A stretch of 21,032 bases of DNA, taken from a virus. Lineage: Duplodnaviria > Heunggongvirae > Uroviricota > Caudoviricetes. Every line of letters begins with the position of its first letter. Position 1 is the stretch's first letter. Below the pieces are notes generated by a model that searched no databases, was not told the DNA's origin, and worked only from the letters and a program-made list of their open reading frames with translations. This document shows positions 1 through 7,680 of this stretch, piece after piece. The DNA lies in IMG/VR virus record IMGVR_UViG_3300047445_000122; one strand, 5' to 3'. A program made the translations under genes and the position numbers.

Positions 1-175
1 TTACCGTCACTGTGAGTTGTACTTAGGGGATTGAACCAGCAAGAATATGCTGGATAAAGGTGAGAACCCGGATTATACCCTCATGTCTAAGTATTGAGTT
101 AGAGTGAGGTTGCCACCTCAACTCAACCAGCTAGGTCAAACTGGCTGTCCTCAATGCTTTGTATATAGGTTAACA

Positions 176-769
176 ATGAACAACATGTATTACGTGTACC
201 AATTGCGTCGCGCCGACCGCGATCAACCATTCTATGTTGGTAAAGGCAAGGGCAAACGTGCCTGGACACACCTCCAAATGAGAGGCGACTCCCACAAGAC
301 CAGGACTATCAAAAGAGCAATCAGTGAATCCGTGGAGGTTCTGGTAGAAATTTTGAAAGATGGATTGTCCGAGTCCGACGCCCTAACTATGGAAGTGGAA
401 TTGATAAACAAGATCGGGCGCGCTGACCTTGGTAAAGGCCCGCTGACTAACATGACCAATGGTGGTGAAGGTACGTCTGGATTCAGTCATAGCCCGGAAA
501 CTAGGGCGAAGATGAGAGAGTCTGCCTATGCCCAACTCAGTGATCCAATCAGCAGAGAACGTTGGATGGCGAGCATGAGGAAGAAGGACAACACTAAAAA
601 CCGACTTGGACATACCAACACGCCGGAACAGAATGCAAAGATAGGAGCCGCCAATAGAGGCAGGAAACAACCAAGAGAGACTTGTATCCATTGTGGAAAG
701 TCTTGCGCTCTGCGGCTCATCAACCGTTGGCATAACGCCAATTGTAAACATAGGATTCAACATGAGTGA
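176..769 (+). CDS. Free-standing GIY-YIG homing endonuclease with NUMOD3-type DNA-binding repeats and a C-terminal Cys/His motif
   Basis: YYVYQL...FYVGKG (GIY-YIG), conserved R and E, LTNMTNGGEG, NUMOD3-like HSPETRAKMRES and HTNTPEQNAKIGAANRG, CIHC...WH...C tail. The start is more likely ATG 176 or 185 than GTG 104. The stop overlaps the uvsW start. Confidence 0.88.
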   Translation: MNNMYYVYQLRRADRDQPFYVGKGKGKRAWTHLQMRGDSHKTRTIKRAISESVEVLVEILKDGLSESDALTMEVELINKIGRADLGKGPLTNMTNGGEGTSGFSHSPETRAKMRESAYAQLSDPISRERWMASMRKKDNTKNRLGHTNTPEQNAKIGAANRGRKQPRETCIHCGKSCALRLINRWHNANCKHRIQHE

Positions 770-2276
770 TATTCAAATTCTCCCAATCAATGCCTCCTTC
801 ATGGCTGTGACCTCAGAGGATGAGGGCATTCGTGAGGACTTGTACCAATATTTTAGGTTTGAAGAACCAACATTCACCCCGAACAAATTTAGTAAATGGG
901 ATGGATCTGTCAGACTTTATGATAAACGCAGCGGCAAGATCAGCTATGGTCTGCTCTCAACAGTCATTGCGTTCGCACATGATCGCCAACTCACCATCGA
1001 CATCGACCCTGCCTTCAAGCAAGACATCAAGCCAATCACAGAGGAGCAGATTAACGAGTGGTGCGACACTCTCGACCTCCGGGACGGCGACAACAAGATC
1101 AGCCCCTACGATTACCAAAGGGCGGGGCTGTACCTCGCCATCAAATACTCCCGCGTCACGCTCCTCGCAGCGACTAGCGCCGGCAAGAGCCTGTTACAGT
1201 ATCTCATCATTCGCTTCCATCAACAGCTTAACACAGGCCGCATCCTCCTGATCGTGCCGTCCATTAACCTGGTGACTCAGATGTATGGCGACTTCAAGAA
1301 CTACTCGACCGCCAACGGCTGGGACGCCGACAAGAACTGCCATATGGTGTACGATGGGCGCACCCCCTACACGAACAAGCCTGTCGTGATCTCTACATGG
1401 CAATCCCTGAAGGACTTGGAGCCTGACTACTTCCAACAGTTCTCTGTCATGCTTGGGGATGAGTGTCATACGTTCTCCGGGGAGTGTCTTGAGAAGATCG
1501 GCAAGAACTGCACCAACGCCTACAGTCGTGTGGGTTTGACTGGTACCCTGAAGAAGGACAAGCTGCACCCGCTCCAAGTCCAACAGCACTTCGGGCCAAT
1601 CCGCCGTATCGTCACCACCAAGCAACTCCAGGACGCGGGGCGGGCAGCAAAGACTCAAGTCCACATCATCCAACTCGAACACACCACTGATGATCGCAAG
1701 AACCTGGATGGTGAGTACCAGAAGGAGATTGAATTCTTGATCGGGCATCCATATCGGAACAAGATCATCAAGGGACTCGCCAAGACGTTGAAGGGCAACA
1801 CACTGATCTTGTTTGACCGGATCGACGCACACCTCAAGATTGTCGCCAAGGAACTCCAAGATGAAATGCCCCACAAGCGGGTCTTGATCATCACTGGCGA
1901 GGTGGAGAACGATGAACGCAACGTCATCAAGGCGGAAATGGAGGTGGGCGAGGACATTGTGTTGTTGGCCTCCTTCGGTACGGTCTCCACTGGTGTCAGT
2001 ATCAAGCGCCTCCACAACCTCGTGTTCGCTCACCCATCCAAGTCTGTGATCCGCATCCTCCAGTCCCTGGGACGCCTCTTGCGTCTGCACTCCAGCAAGG
2101 ACGTTGCCAACATCTATGACATAGTGGATGTGATGATGTACTATGGCAAGATCAACCATGCTATGCGACACGGAGCGGAGCGCTTGGGCTTCTACACTGA
2201 GGAGCAACACCCAGTGACTGTCCGCAAGCTCCATGTTCCCGACCCCAACGCAACCACAGTAAGTTTGGTGGGCTGA
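762..2276 (+). CDS. uvsW: UvsW-like SF2 DNA helicase
   Basis: N-terminal ...KWDGSVRLY domain typical of UvsW, PYDYQ Q-motif, Walker A ATSAGKS, DECH, GLTGT, QSLGRLLR. ATG 762 follows AGGA. Confidence 0.95.
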   Translation: MSDIQILPINASFMAVTSEDEGIREDLYQYFRFEEPTFTPNKFSKWDGSVRLYDKRSGKISYGLLSTVIAFAHDRQLTIDIDPAFKQDIKPITEEQINEWCDTLDLRDGDNKISPYDYQRAGLYLAIKYSRVTLLAATSAGKSLLQYLIIRFHQQLNTGRILLIVPSINLVTQMYGDFKNYSTANGWDADKNCHMVYDGRTPYTNKPVVISTWQSLKDLEPDYFQQFSVMLGDECHTFSGECLEKIGKNCTNAYSRVGLTGTLKKDKLHPLQVQQHFGPIRRIVTTKQLQDAGRAAKTQVHIIQLEHTTDDRKNLDGEYQKEIEFLIGHPYRNKIIKGLAKTLKGNTLILFDRIDAHLKIVAKELQDEMPHKRVLIITGEVENDERNVIKAEMEVGEDIVLLASFGTVSTGVSIKRLHNLVFAHPSKSVIRILQSLGRLLRLHSSKDVANIYDIVDVMMYYGKINHAMRHGAERLGFYTEEQHPVTVRKLHVPDPNATTVSLVG

Positions 2277-2287
2277 CCCCTGGTGTG

Positions 2288-2337
2288 GCCCTGTGGATTT
2301 GTGGCTTCTAAGTCCATGATTCTACAGGGCGCATTTT
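2288..2337 (+). terminator. Long imperfect hairpin after uvsW, possible terminator
   Basis: GCCCTGTGGA (2288-2297) pairs with TCTACAGGGC (2321-2330), followed by GCATTTT. Confidence 0.45.
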
Positions 2338-2394
2338 CCCACTTCCGTGAATTTGATGTTGTGAATTCGAGGTCAGAGAAAATAATTTTGGTCT

Positions 2395-2472
2395 ACCACT
2401 TTACTTTCTCAATAAAGTGGTCTATAATCCTTTCATTGGTAGCGAAACTCAACTGAAAGGAACTACATCATG
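2395..2472 (+). promoter_or_regulatory. Repeat unit copy 1: sigma70-type early promoter, conserved leader and RBS
   Basis: TTTACT 2400-2405, 17 bp spacer, TATAAT 2423-2428; TTCATTGGTAGCGAAACTCAACT 2432-2454; GAAAGGAAC RBS; ATG 2470. Confidence 0.9.
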
Positions 2473-2682
2473 ACCAACTTCTTCAACACTGTAAACACCG
2501 CCAACAAAGCTGCTGATGCAGCTCAATACAAAACCGAAGGCGGCGCGACCACCCCGGTGCGCTACGTGATCGAGTATGATGGTCTGCGTATGTCTGATCC
2601 TGACTATGATAGCCTGCTCAACAGGTTCAAAGAAAAGTTCCCAGGGCGACAGCTCTGGAAAGGAACCCTCCAAATTCTCTAA
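2470..2682 (+). CDS. Hypothetical early protein, 70 aa (single-gene cassette)
   Basis: Has its own promoter and RBS upstream and a terminator immediately downstream. Confidence 0.85.
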   Translation: MTNFFNTVNTANKAADAAQYKTEGGATTPVRYVIEYDGLRMSDPDYDSLLNRFKEKFPGRQLWKGTLQIL

Positions 2683-2684
2683 AC

Positions 2685-2707
2685 AAGCGCCCTCCGGGGC
2701 GCTTTTT
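2685..2707 (+). terminator. Rho-independent terminator, repeated family
   Basis: AAGCGCCC-TCCG-GGGCGCTT plus T tract; same hairpin at 18803, 19306 and 19760. Confidence 0.9.
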
Positions 2708-2717
2708 ATTTTCCGAA

Positions 2718-2796
2718 ACCACTTTACTTGTTGATGAACTTGAGGTATAATCGTTTCATTGGTAGCGAAACTCAACTGAAAGGAAACCACATCATG
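2718..2796 (+). promoter_or_regulatory. Repeat unit copy 2: promoter, leader and RBS
   Basis: TTTACT 2723-2728, 17 bp, TATAAT 2746-2751; 23-nt leader 2755-2777; ATG 2794. Confidence 0.9.
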
Positions 2797-3159
2797 AACA
2801 AGAACCAAGCCCGCGACGTAGTGGCAGCAATCTTCAAGAAGGCAGGCAAGAAGGTCAGCATCCGCGTAGCCAAGAACAAAATCGCCAATCTTTACTCCGG
2901 CAATTTTGGTAAGAACGAGGAACTGGACATTTTGTTCGCTGAGGGATTCCGCCTCACCAAGACCTCATACTATGGCGGATGCGTACTGCGTCGCGGGATG
3001 ATCATCTGCGTCTGTATGGGAGTGGAGAAGGGCGCAACCCTCCAATCGTTTGATGTGTTATCCATGACCAGGGAAGAGGCTGACGAGAAGGATGTAGTGG
3101 ACGCAGCCCACGGCGCAACCTACAAGGGCATCAAGTTCAAGAAGTGGGAAGGCGATTAA
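2794..3159 (+). CDS. Hypothetical early protein, 121 aa
   Basis: Start moved from TTG 2728 to ATG 2794, which follows the repeat RBS. Confidence 0.85.
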   Translation: MNKNQARDVVAAIFKKAGKKVSIRVAKNKIANLYSGNFGKNEELDILFAEGFRLTKTSYYGGCVLRRGMIICVCMGVEKGATLQSFDVLSMTREEADEKDVVDAAHGATYKGIKFKKWEGD

Positions 3160-3192
3160 TTTTCAACAGCGACAACTAAAGGGAGCTATATC

Positions 3193-3465
3193 ATGGCCGT
3201 ACAACTCAACAAAGCATTCATCGACGCTATCAGCACCGGCGTCCAATCGACCTGGGCTGAACTCGCTGGCGACGCATACGCCCTCGCTGAGGAGTGCAAC
3301 GAAAAGATGACCAACAAGGGCGCACTGGAGCTGGTACTGGACGCCGACCGCATGACCACCTTCGGTTACAAGGAAGCAGATGACTTGATCGGTCAGGCTA
3401 TCAAGGAACACGGCTATGACAAGGTCATGAAGCACATCGCCAAGAACTTCAAACTGGTGCGATAA
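3193..3465 (+). CDS. Hypothetical protein, 90 aa
   Basis: GGGAG RBS, phage-like codon usage, TAATG coupling to the next gene. Confidence 0.85.
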   Translation: MAVQLNKAFIDAISTGVQSTWAELAGDAYALAEECNEKMTNKGALELVLDADRMTTFGYKEADDLIGQAIKEHGYDKVMKHIAKNFKLVR

Positions 3466-3722
3466 TGATCAGCTTCTATCAAATCTACACCCGCTACAAG
3501 GGCGGCGAGGAAATCCACAACGACACGATCACGACCGCCGCCAGCCTCAAGGAGGCTGAAGAAGACGCAAAGGGCAGTCTGTCTGGTAGCGATGCTGATG
3601 ACGGCTCCCTGCCTGAGTTTGTGAAGGCTGTGCGTATCAGCCGTGAGGCCGCTCGGAAGTTGTATGACCAGAATCCGATTGACTGGATCAATCACGATGA
3701 AATGCGTCAATATCTGGACTGA
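3465..3722 (+). CDS. Hypothetical protein, 85 aa
   Basis: Overlapping stop/start (TAATG); codon usage. Confidence 0.8.
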   Translation: MISFYQIYTRYKGGEEIHNDTITTAASLKEAEEDAKGSLSGSDADDGSLPEFVKAVRISREAARKLYDQNPIDWINHDEMRQYLD

Positions 3723-3725
3723 GCC

Positions 3726-4013
3726 ATGAAGAAGAAATCCGACCGCCACGCCTGGATCATCAAGGCCATAACCGAACGCCGGTATGTATCGGCAGATGTC
3801 CTCTCAACCGACTTTGTGACCGACTTCGCTCAGGACAATGAAGTGAATACGCGGATACAGATGTTTGGAGCGCCAAAGTGTGATCGTCTTGGCGAAGACC
3901 TTGCCGACCTCTACAAATCTGGTCAACTGACTCGCCACGCTACAGGCCTGACTGGTATGGCCGGGATGGGATTCCCTCCTTGGGTGTATGTCTACGACAT
4001 CCCGAAGAAATAA
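3726..4013 (+). CDS. Hypothetical protein, 95 aa
   Basis: Tightly packed in the operon and followed by a terminator. Confidence 0.8.
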   Translation: MKKKSDRHAWIIKAITERRYVSADVLSTDFVTDFAQDNEVNTRIQMFGAPKCDRLGEDLADLYKSGQLTRHATGLTGMAGMGFPPWVYVYDIPKK

Positions 4014-4017
4014 CAAA

Positions 4018-4054
4018 TTGCCCTGGTCTTCGGATCAGGGCAAAATTTATTTTT
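4018..4054 (+). terminator. Terminator with UUCG tetraloop
   Basis: TTGCCCTGGTC-TTCG-GATCAGGGCAA followed by AATTTATTTTT. Confidence 0.8.
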
Positions 4055-4059
4055 GGTTC

Positions 4060-4138
4060 CCACTTTACTTCTTGATAATCCTCCCGTATAATTGTCTTCA
4101 TTGGTAGCGAAACTCAACTACAGGACAACTATATCATG
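4060..4138 (+). promoter_or_regulatory. Repeat unit copy 3: promoter, leader and RBS
   Basis: TTTACT 4064-4069, 17 bp, TATAAT 4087-4092; 23-nt leader 4097-4119; AGGA RBS; ATG 4136. Confidence 0.9.
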
Positions 4139-5671
4139 CTCAAATCCTCCCCTCAGCAAGTCGCCGTGTATGACTGGATCTTGAAAGACATCGGTTCCCT
4201 CGAAGTGATGGCGCGCGCCGGGTGCGGCAAGACCACCACCCTTATGGGAGCGATCCAAGTCATCGTCAAGAACGCACTCGGCAACGTGGCGATCATGGCA
4301 TACAACAAGTCCATCGCGGATGAGTTGAAGGAGAAGTTGGCGGAACAAGGCTACAACTGGAAGGATGTTCAGGCCGGCACCTGCCACTCCTTCGGTCTCA
4401 GCGCCTGGCGACAAGTCCACAAGGACATCAAGATTGATGAGTTCAAGGTGAACGAAATCATCAAGAACCTCGCTGCGCTGTCTGAGGTGGACTCCTCCTA
4501 TGAGGTCTACAAGGAGTGTGCTGACGTGATCGAGAAATGGGTGTCTCTCGGCAAGCAGCGTGCTATCGGCTACCTGGACCGCGTTGAATACGACAAGGTG
4601 TGGTCAGACCTGTGGGATCATTTCGACCTCGACATGGAAGTCACAGGCGATTGGGACTATGCGACTTTGTTAGCCGCGACCCGGAATGTGTACCAGATGT
4701 CCCTCAACCAGTGCAAGGACATAGTTGACTTTGACGACATGATCCTGGCGCCTCTGGTGTTCAAGGCAAGGTTCTGGCCAAAAGACTGGGTGTTGCTCGA
4801 TGAATCCCAAGACACCAACGCTGCTCGCCGCGCCCTGGCGATGAAGATGATGAAGCCCCGCACCGGCCGCATGATCTTCGTTGGTGATCCCGCCCAGGCC
4901 ATCTACGGCTTCACCGGCGCAGACAGCGATTCCATGAACCAAATCAAAGTCGCCCTGAAGGCGAAGACCTTGCCGCTGTCTGTGACCTATCGCTGCCCGA
5001 AGGCGATTGTTGCGAAGGCCCAAGAGGTTGTGCCTGATATCCAAGCCCACGACACCAACGCTCTGGGTGCAGTGGAGTACATCGACTACAAGGATATGAT
5101 GGACGAAGCCCTCCAGTCTGAAGATGTGATCCTGTGCCGCAACACGGCACCCCTGATCCGCACTGCTTATGAACTGTTGGGCAAGGGCATCCCATGCCGT
5201 GTTGAAGGTCGTGAAATCGGCTCCGGGCTGATCAAGCTGGCCACTCGCTGGAAGATCAATGCTGTCGACAAGCTGCTGGAGCGCCTGGAGAAGTTCTTTG
5301 ATGAGCAGAAGGAAAAGTACATCAAGAAGGATCAGGAAGAGAAAGTCCAAGCCCTGGAAGATCAGGTGGAGTGCCTGAAGATCGTCATCAGCCGTTGTAT
5401 GGCGAAGGGTATCCACACCGTGAAGGGTCTGGTGACTGAGATTGAGAGCATGTTCGGCAACACCAAACCGGGCGAAGTAGCCAAGGTGCTGACGCTGTCC
5501 ACGATCCACAAATCCAAGGGCCGTGAATGGAACCGTGTGTTCGTCCTGGGCAACAACAAGTACCTGCCTAGCCCATACGCCAAGAAGGATTGGCAAATCC
5601 AGCAAGAACGCAACCTGCAATATGTAGCAGACACCCGCTCGAAGATGGAGCTGTTCCACGTAGCTGTATAA
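4136..5671 (+). CDS. UvrD/Rep-family SF1 helicase
   Basis: ARAGCGKT (I), AYNK (Ia), TCHSF (Ib), DESQD (II), GDPAQAIYGFTGA (III), YRCP (IV), STIHKSKGREW (V), RNLQYVADTRSK (VI). Confidence 0.95.
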   Translation: MLKSSPQQVAVYDWILKDIGSLEVMARAGCGKTTTLMGAIQVIVKNALGNVAIMAYNKSIADELKEKLAEQGYNWKDVQAGTCHSFGLSAWRQVHKDIKIDEFKVNEIIKNLAALSEVDSSYEVYKECADVIEKWVSLGKQRAIGYLDRVEYDKVWSDLWDHFDLDMEVTGDWDYATLLAATRNVYQMSLNQCKDIVDFDDMILAPLVFKARFWPKDWVLLDESQDTNAARRALAMKMMKPRTGRMIFVGDPAQAIYGFTGADSDSMNQIKVALKAKTLPLSVTYRCPKAIVAKAQEVVPDIQAHDTNALGAVEYIDYKDMMDEALQSEDVILCRNTAPLIRTAYELLGKGIPCRVEGREIGSGLIKLATRWKINAVDKLLERLEKFFDEQKEKYIKKDQEEKVQALEDQVECLKIVISRCMAKGIHTVKGLVTEIESMFGNTKPGEVAKVLTLSTIHKSKGREWNRVFVLGNNKYLPSPYAKKDWQIQQERNLQYVADTRSKMELFHVAV

Positions 5672-5678
5672 CCCAAGT

Positions 5679-5701
5679 GGGAGGCAAACGCCTCCCGTTT
5701 T
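5679..5701 (+). terminator. Hairpin or weak terminator after the helicase
   Basis: GGGAGGC-AAAC-GCCTCCC then GTTTT. Confidence 0.55.
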
Positions 5702-5720
5702 AACCACAGGAGTCTACATC

Positions 5721-6029
5721 ATGAGCAATACTTCCCTCCGCGCCCCGCGCTCCCCGGCTGAAGTCGGCAACGACATCTACTTGTCGCTGACCCGGCGCTA
5801 CGGCACTGCTGAGATGCCGCGCTATGTCCAGGAGGCTGTGAAATGCCTCGATCCAATGAAGGATATGACCAACTGGGACGCACGGCACTTCGGTCGTTCT
5901 GCGATTGATCTGGCTGATGATGTTCTGGAGCATTTGAAGAAGTGGCAAGGTCAAGACTCCCGGACTTTGAAGGCTGAGCTCAAGCGGGTGATCGAGTGGG
6001 ACACAATGCGGAAGACTCCGAAAGGTTGA
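5721..6029 (+). CDS. Hypothetical phage protein, 102 aa
   Basis: AGGAG RBS. The C-terminal WQGQDSRTLKAELK resembles, from memory and unverified, a widespread phage family ending W(R/Q)GxxAxxxKAELK. Confidence 0.85.
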   Translation: MSNTSLRAPRSPAEVGNDIYLSLTRRYGTAEMPRYVQEAVKCLDPMKDMTNWDARHFGRSAIDLADDVLEHLKKWQGQDSRTLKAELKRVIEWDTMRKTPKG

Positions 6030-6042
6030 CAAGTAGCGCCCC

Positions 6043-6071
6043 AAAGCCCCCATGACGGGGCTTTTTCTTTT
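6043..6071 (+). terminator. Rho-independent terminator
   Basis: AAAGCCCC-CATGAC-GGGGCTTT plus T tract. Confidence 0.85.
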
Positions 6072-6126
6072 CGCCGGGCCCAACAAGGCGTATAATAACA
6101 ACTCGACCTTGGTCACAGGAGGAAGA

Positions 6127-6519
6127 ATGATATACAACCCCTATCAGCCGATGTTCGATATCATCACAGCCATCAACGCTGTGAGAGCCATCGACAAAGA
6201 CTTGATTGAGACGATTGAGGCCGCACAAGAGCCTCTGGAGCGCAAGTTAACACAAATGGCCAAACTCCACGGAGTGACGGTTGAAGCTGTTATGTATGCC
6301 TATGTGATTGATCAGAAGGTGAAGAATGGATTGAGGATCAAGTACACAGGCTCATACATCGCCGGTCTGACCTCAGGCATGTATGCAAACAACCTGGGAT
6401 TCGAGGAGTATCTGTTCAAGCAGTACCTGGCATACGAGAGGCAATGCAAGGAACGCAACAAGATCGCTATGGCCGAAGAGACATGGAGAGTGGCAGAGGC
6501 CACACCATTCATGCGATAA
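6127..6519 (+). CDS. Hypothetical protein, 130 aa
   Basis: AGGAGGA RBS before ATG 6127; TATAAT at 6091-6096. Confidence 0.8.
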   Translation: MIYNPYQPMFDIITAINAVRAIDKDLIETIEAAQEPLERKLTQMAKLHGVTVEAVMYAYVIDQKVKNGLRIKYTGSYIAGLTSGMYANNLGFEEYLFKQYLAYERQCKERNKIAMAEETWRVAEATPFMR

Positions 6520-6535
6520 CGCAAGAACCCACGTT

Positions 6536-6574
6536 AAAAATGCCCCTGAGGTCACTCTCAGGGGCATTTGTTTT
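6536..6574. terminator. Bidirectional terminator between convergent genes
   Basis: AAATGCCCCTGAG-GTCACT-CTCAGGGGCATTT with an A tract before and a T tract after. Confidence 0.85.
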
Positions 6575-6588
6575 GTCGTATCGAGTGA

Positions 6589-6777
6589 TCACCACTTCTG
6601 AGGGGCACGTTTCCGGGCTTCCTCCTTTTCCTTTTCCTGATCCAACAAGATCAACTCCATACGCACATCGAGGTGCCAAGGAACCATGTTGTTGATCTCA
6701 GTCAGAGTCAGCCCGAACTTCTGTTGTAGGGTGTGACTGTTCTTGAAGTAGCTGATCAAGTCTCCCGATACGATCAG
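6589..6777 (-). CDS. Small gp51-like baseplate hub assembly protein, about 62 aa; start uncertain; absent from the ORF track
   Basis: Manual translation: LIVSGDLISYFKNSHTLQQKFGLTLTEINNMVPWHLDVRMELILLDQEKEKEEARKRAPQKW*. The LTEIxNMxPW motif matches the small ORF that follows gp26 in distant T4-like phages. Confidence 0.75.
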   Translation of the reverse strand: MIVSGDLISYFKNSHTLQQKFGLTLTEINNMVPWHLDVRMELILLDQEKEKEEARKRAPQKW

Positions 6778-7517
6778 CTGAAATGGTCATTCAAGCCGGT
6801 CAGCTCAATCTCGTGTTGGTGTCCACACTTCTCACACTTCGGCTTCAGTACAGAGGTCAGCGCTGGGAGCCGGTTGTAGAAGGTGTCAGTGATCTCCAGT
6901 CGCACCTTGGGGCTGATGCCCTTGGCGAATGTGATGAGCTCCTCCTTGGTGTGTTGATCGGCAGTCCACACCTCGTCACCCTGATAGATGGTCTTGATGG
7001 ACATGGCGATAGTCTCCAACACATCATCCGGTTTCTCCAGACGCTCAGACAGGTTCAGGGATGGATATTCCAGCTCAATGCCAATCCCGCCGCCGACCTC
7101 GAACACACGCTTGTGCCCTTCAGGTTCCACGATGTCTGCGTTTCGCAAATCGAGGGTGACTTTCATTTCATGGCCGCAAGAGGTCATCACGGTAGCGTCA
7201 GCGCCGATGTCTTGCGGCACCTTGTTGTTACAACGGTAGGACATCTCAACCAGCTCACCGTTGGCGTGTTGGCGCATCTTCAGGAAGATATATTCCAGTA
7301 CGAACACAGGGATGGTGCTGACGTCGATGTCGGCTGGCTCCACGATACAAGCCTTCACAACTTGCTTCACAGCCTCCAGAATCTCATCCGGGTCTTTGGA
7401 ATCCTTGACTTGGAGCAGAATCGACTCCTCCCCGGTCAGGTATGGACGGGCAGTCAGTTTGTTGATGTATTTGGTTTTGATGGGGAAGTGGGTGACTGGG
7501 ATTGATGGCAATGCCAT
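6774..7517 (-). CDS. gp26-like baseplate hub assembly protein
   Basis: MALP start, RPYLTGEE, LEYIFLKMR..ANGE, C...CGHE, LEYPS, CEKCGH..L.GL..F C-terminus; AGGAG RBS before ATG 7517. Confidence 0.88.
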   Translation of the reverse strand: MALPSIPVTHFPIKTKYINKLTARPYLTGEESILLQVKDSKDPDEILEAVKQVVKACIVEPADIDVSTIPVFVLEYIFLKMRQHANGELVEMSYRCNNKVPQDIGADATVMTSCGHEMKVTLDLRNADIVEPEGHKRVFEVGGGIGIELEYPSLNLSERLEKPDDVLETIAMSIKTIYQGDEVWTADQHTKEELITFAKGISPKVRLEITDTFYNRLPALTSVLKPKCEKCGHQHEIELTGLNDHFS

Positions 7518-7558
7518 GTTGGACTCCTGAATAAGCAATAAGTGAGGTAGTTAGTGGC

Positions 7559-7588
7559 TTTACTTCAACCCACAGTCCAAGCTATAAT
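7559..7588 (+). promoter_or_regulatory. sigma70-type promoter for nrdAB (no conserved leader)
   Basis: TTTACT 7559-7564, 18 bp, TATAAT 7583-7588. Confidence 0.7.
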
Positions 7589-7680
7589 TTCGTGTCGGTG
7601 TCCAGTACCTCCTCAGACCCGATTCCGCATTACCCCACCTCTAAGTATCTCCCCGACAACCAAGTAGTACAGGAAATCCC

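Noticed and set aside
1-34. Possible 3' end of an upstream gene (YRHCELYLGD*)
   Set aside because: Too short to identify or to fix the frame.
2309-2321. IHF-like site TAAGTCCATGATT
   Set aside because: One mismatch to a degenerate consensus and a single occurrence; not supportable.
2441-2460. CGAAAC and CTGAAAG in the leader as a hammerhead ribozyme core
   Set aside because: No room for stems I-III and no CUGAnGA; the latter part is the RBS.
2728-2793. N-terminal extensions in the ORF track (2728, 19362, 19849, 17513, 6052, 693, 14526) giving shared 'FIGSETQLKGNHI' peptides
   Set aside because: They are translations of the promoter/leader repeat or of upstream genes; true starts follow the RBS.
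2395-4138. Repeats as a CRISPR array
   Set aside because: The intervening sequences are whole genes of variable length, the repeats are promoters and terminators, and no cas genes are present.
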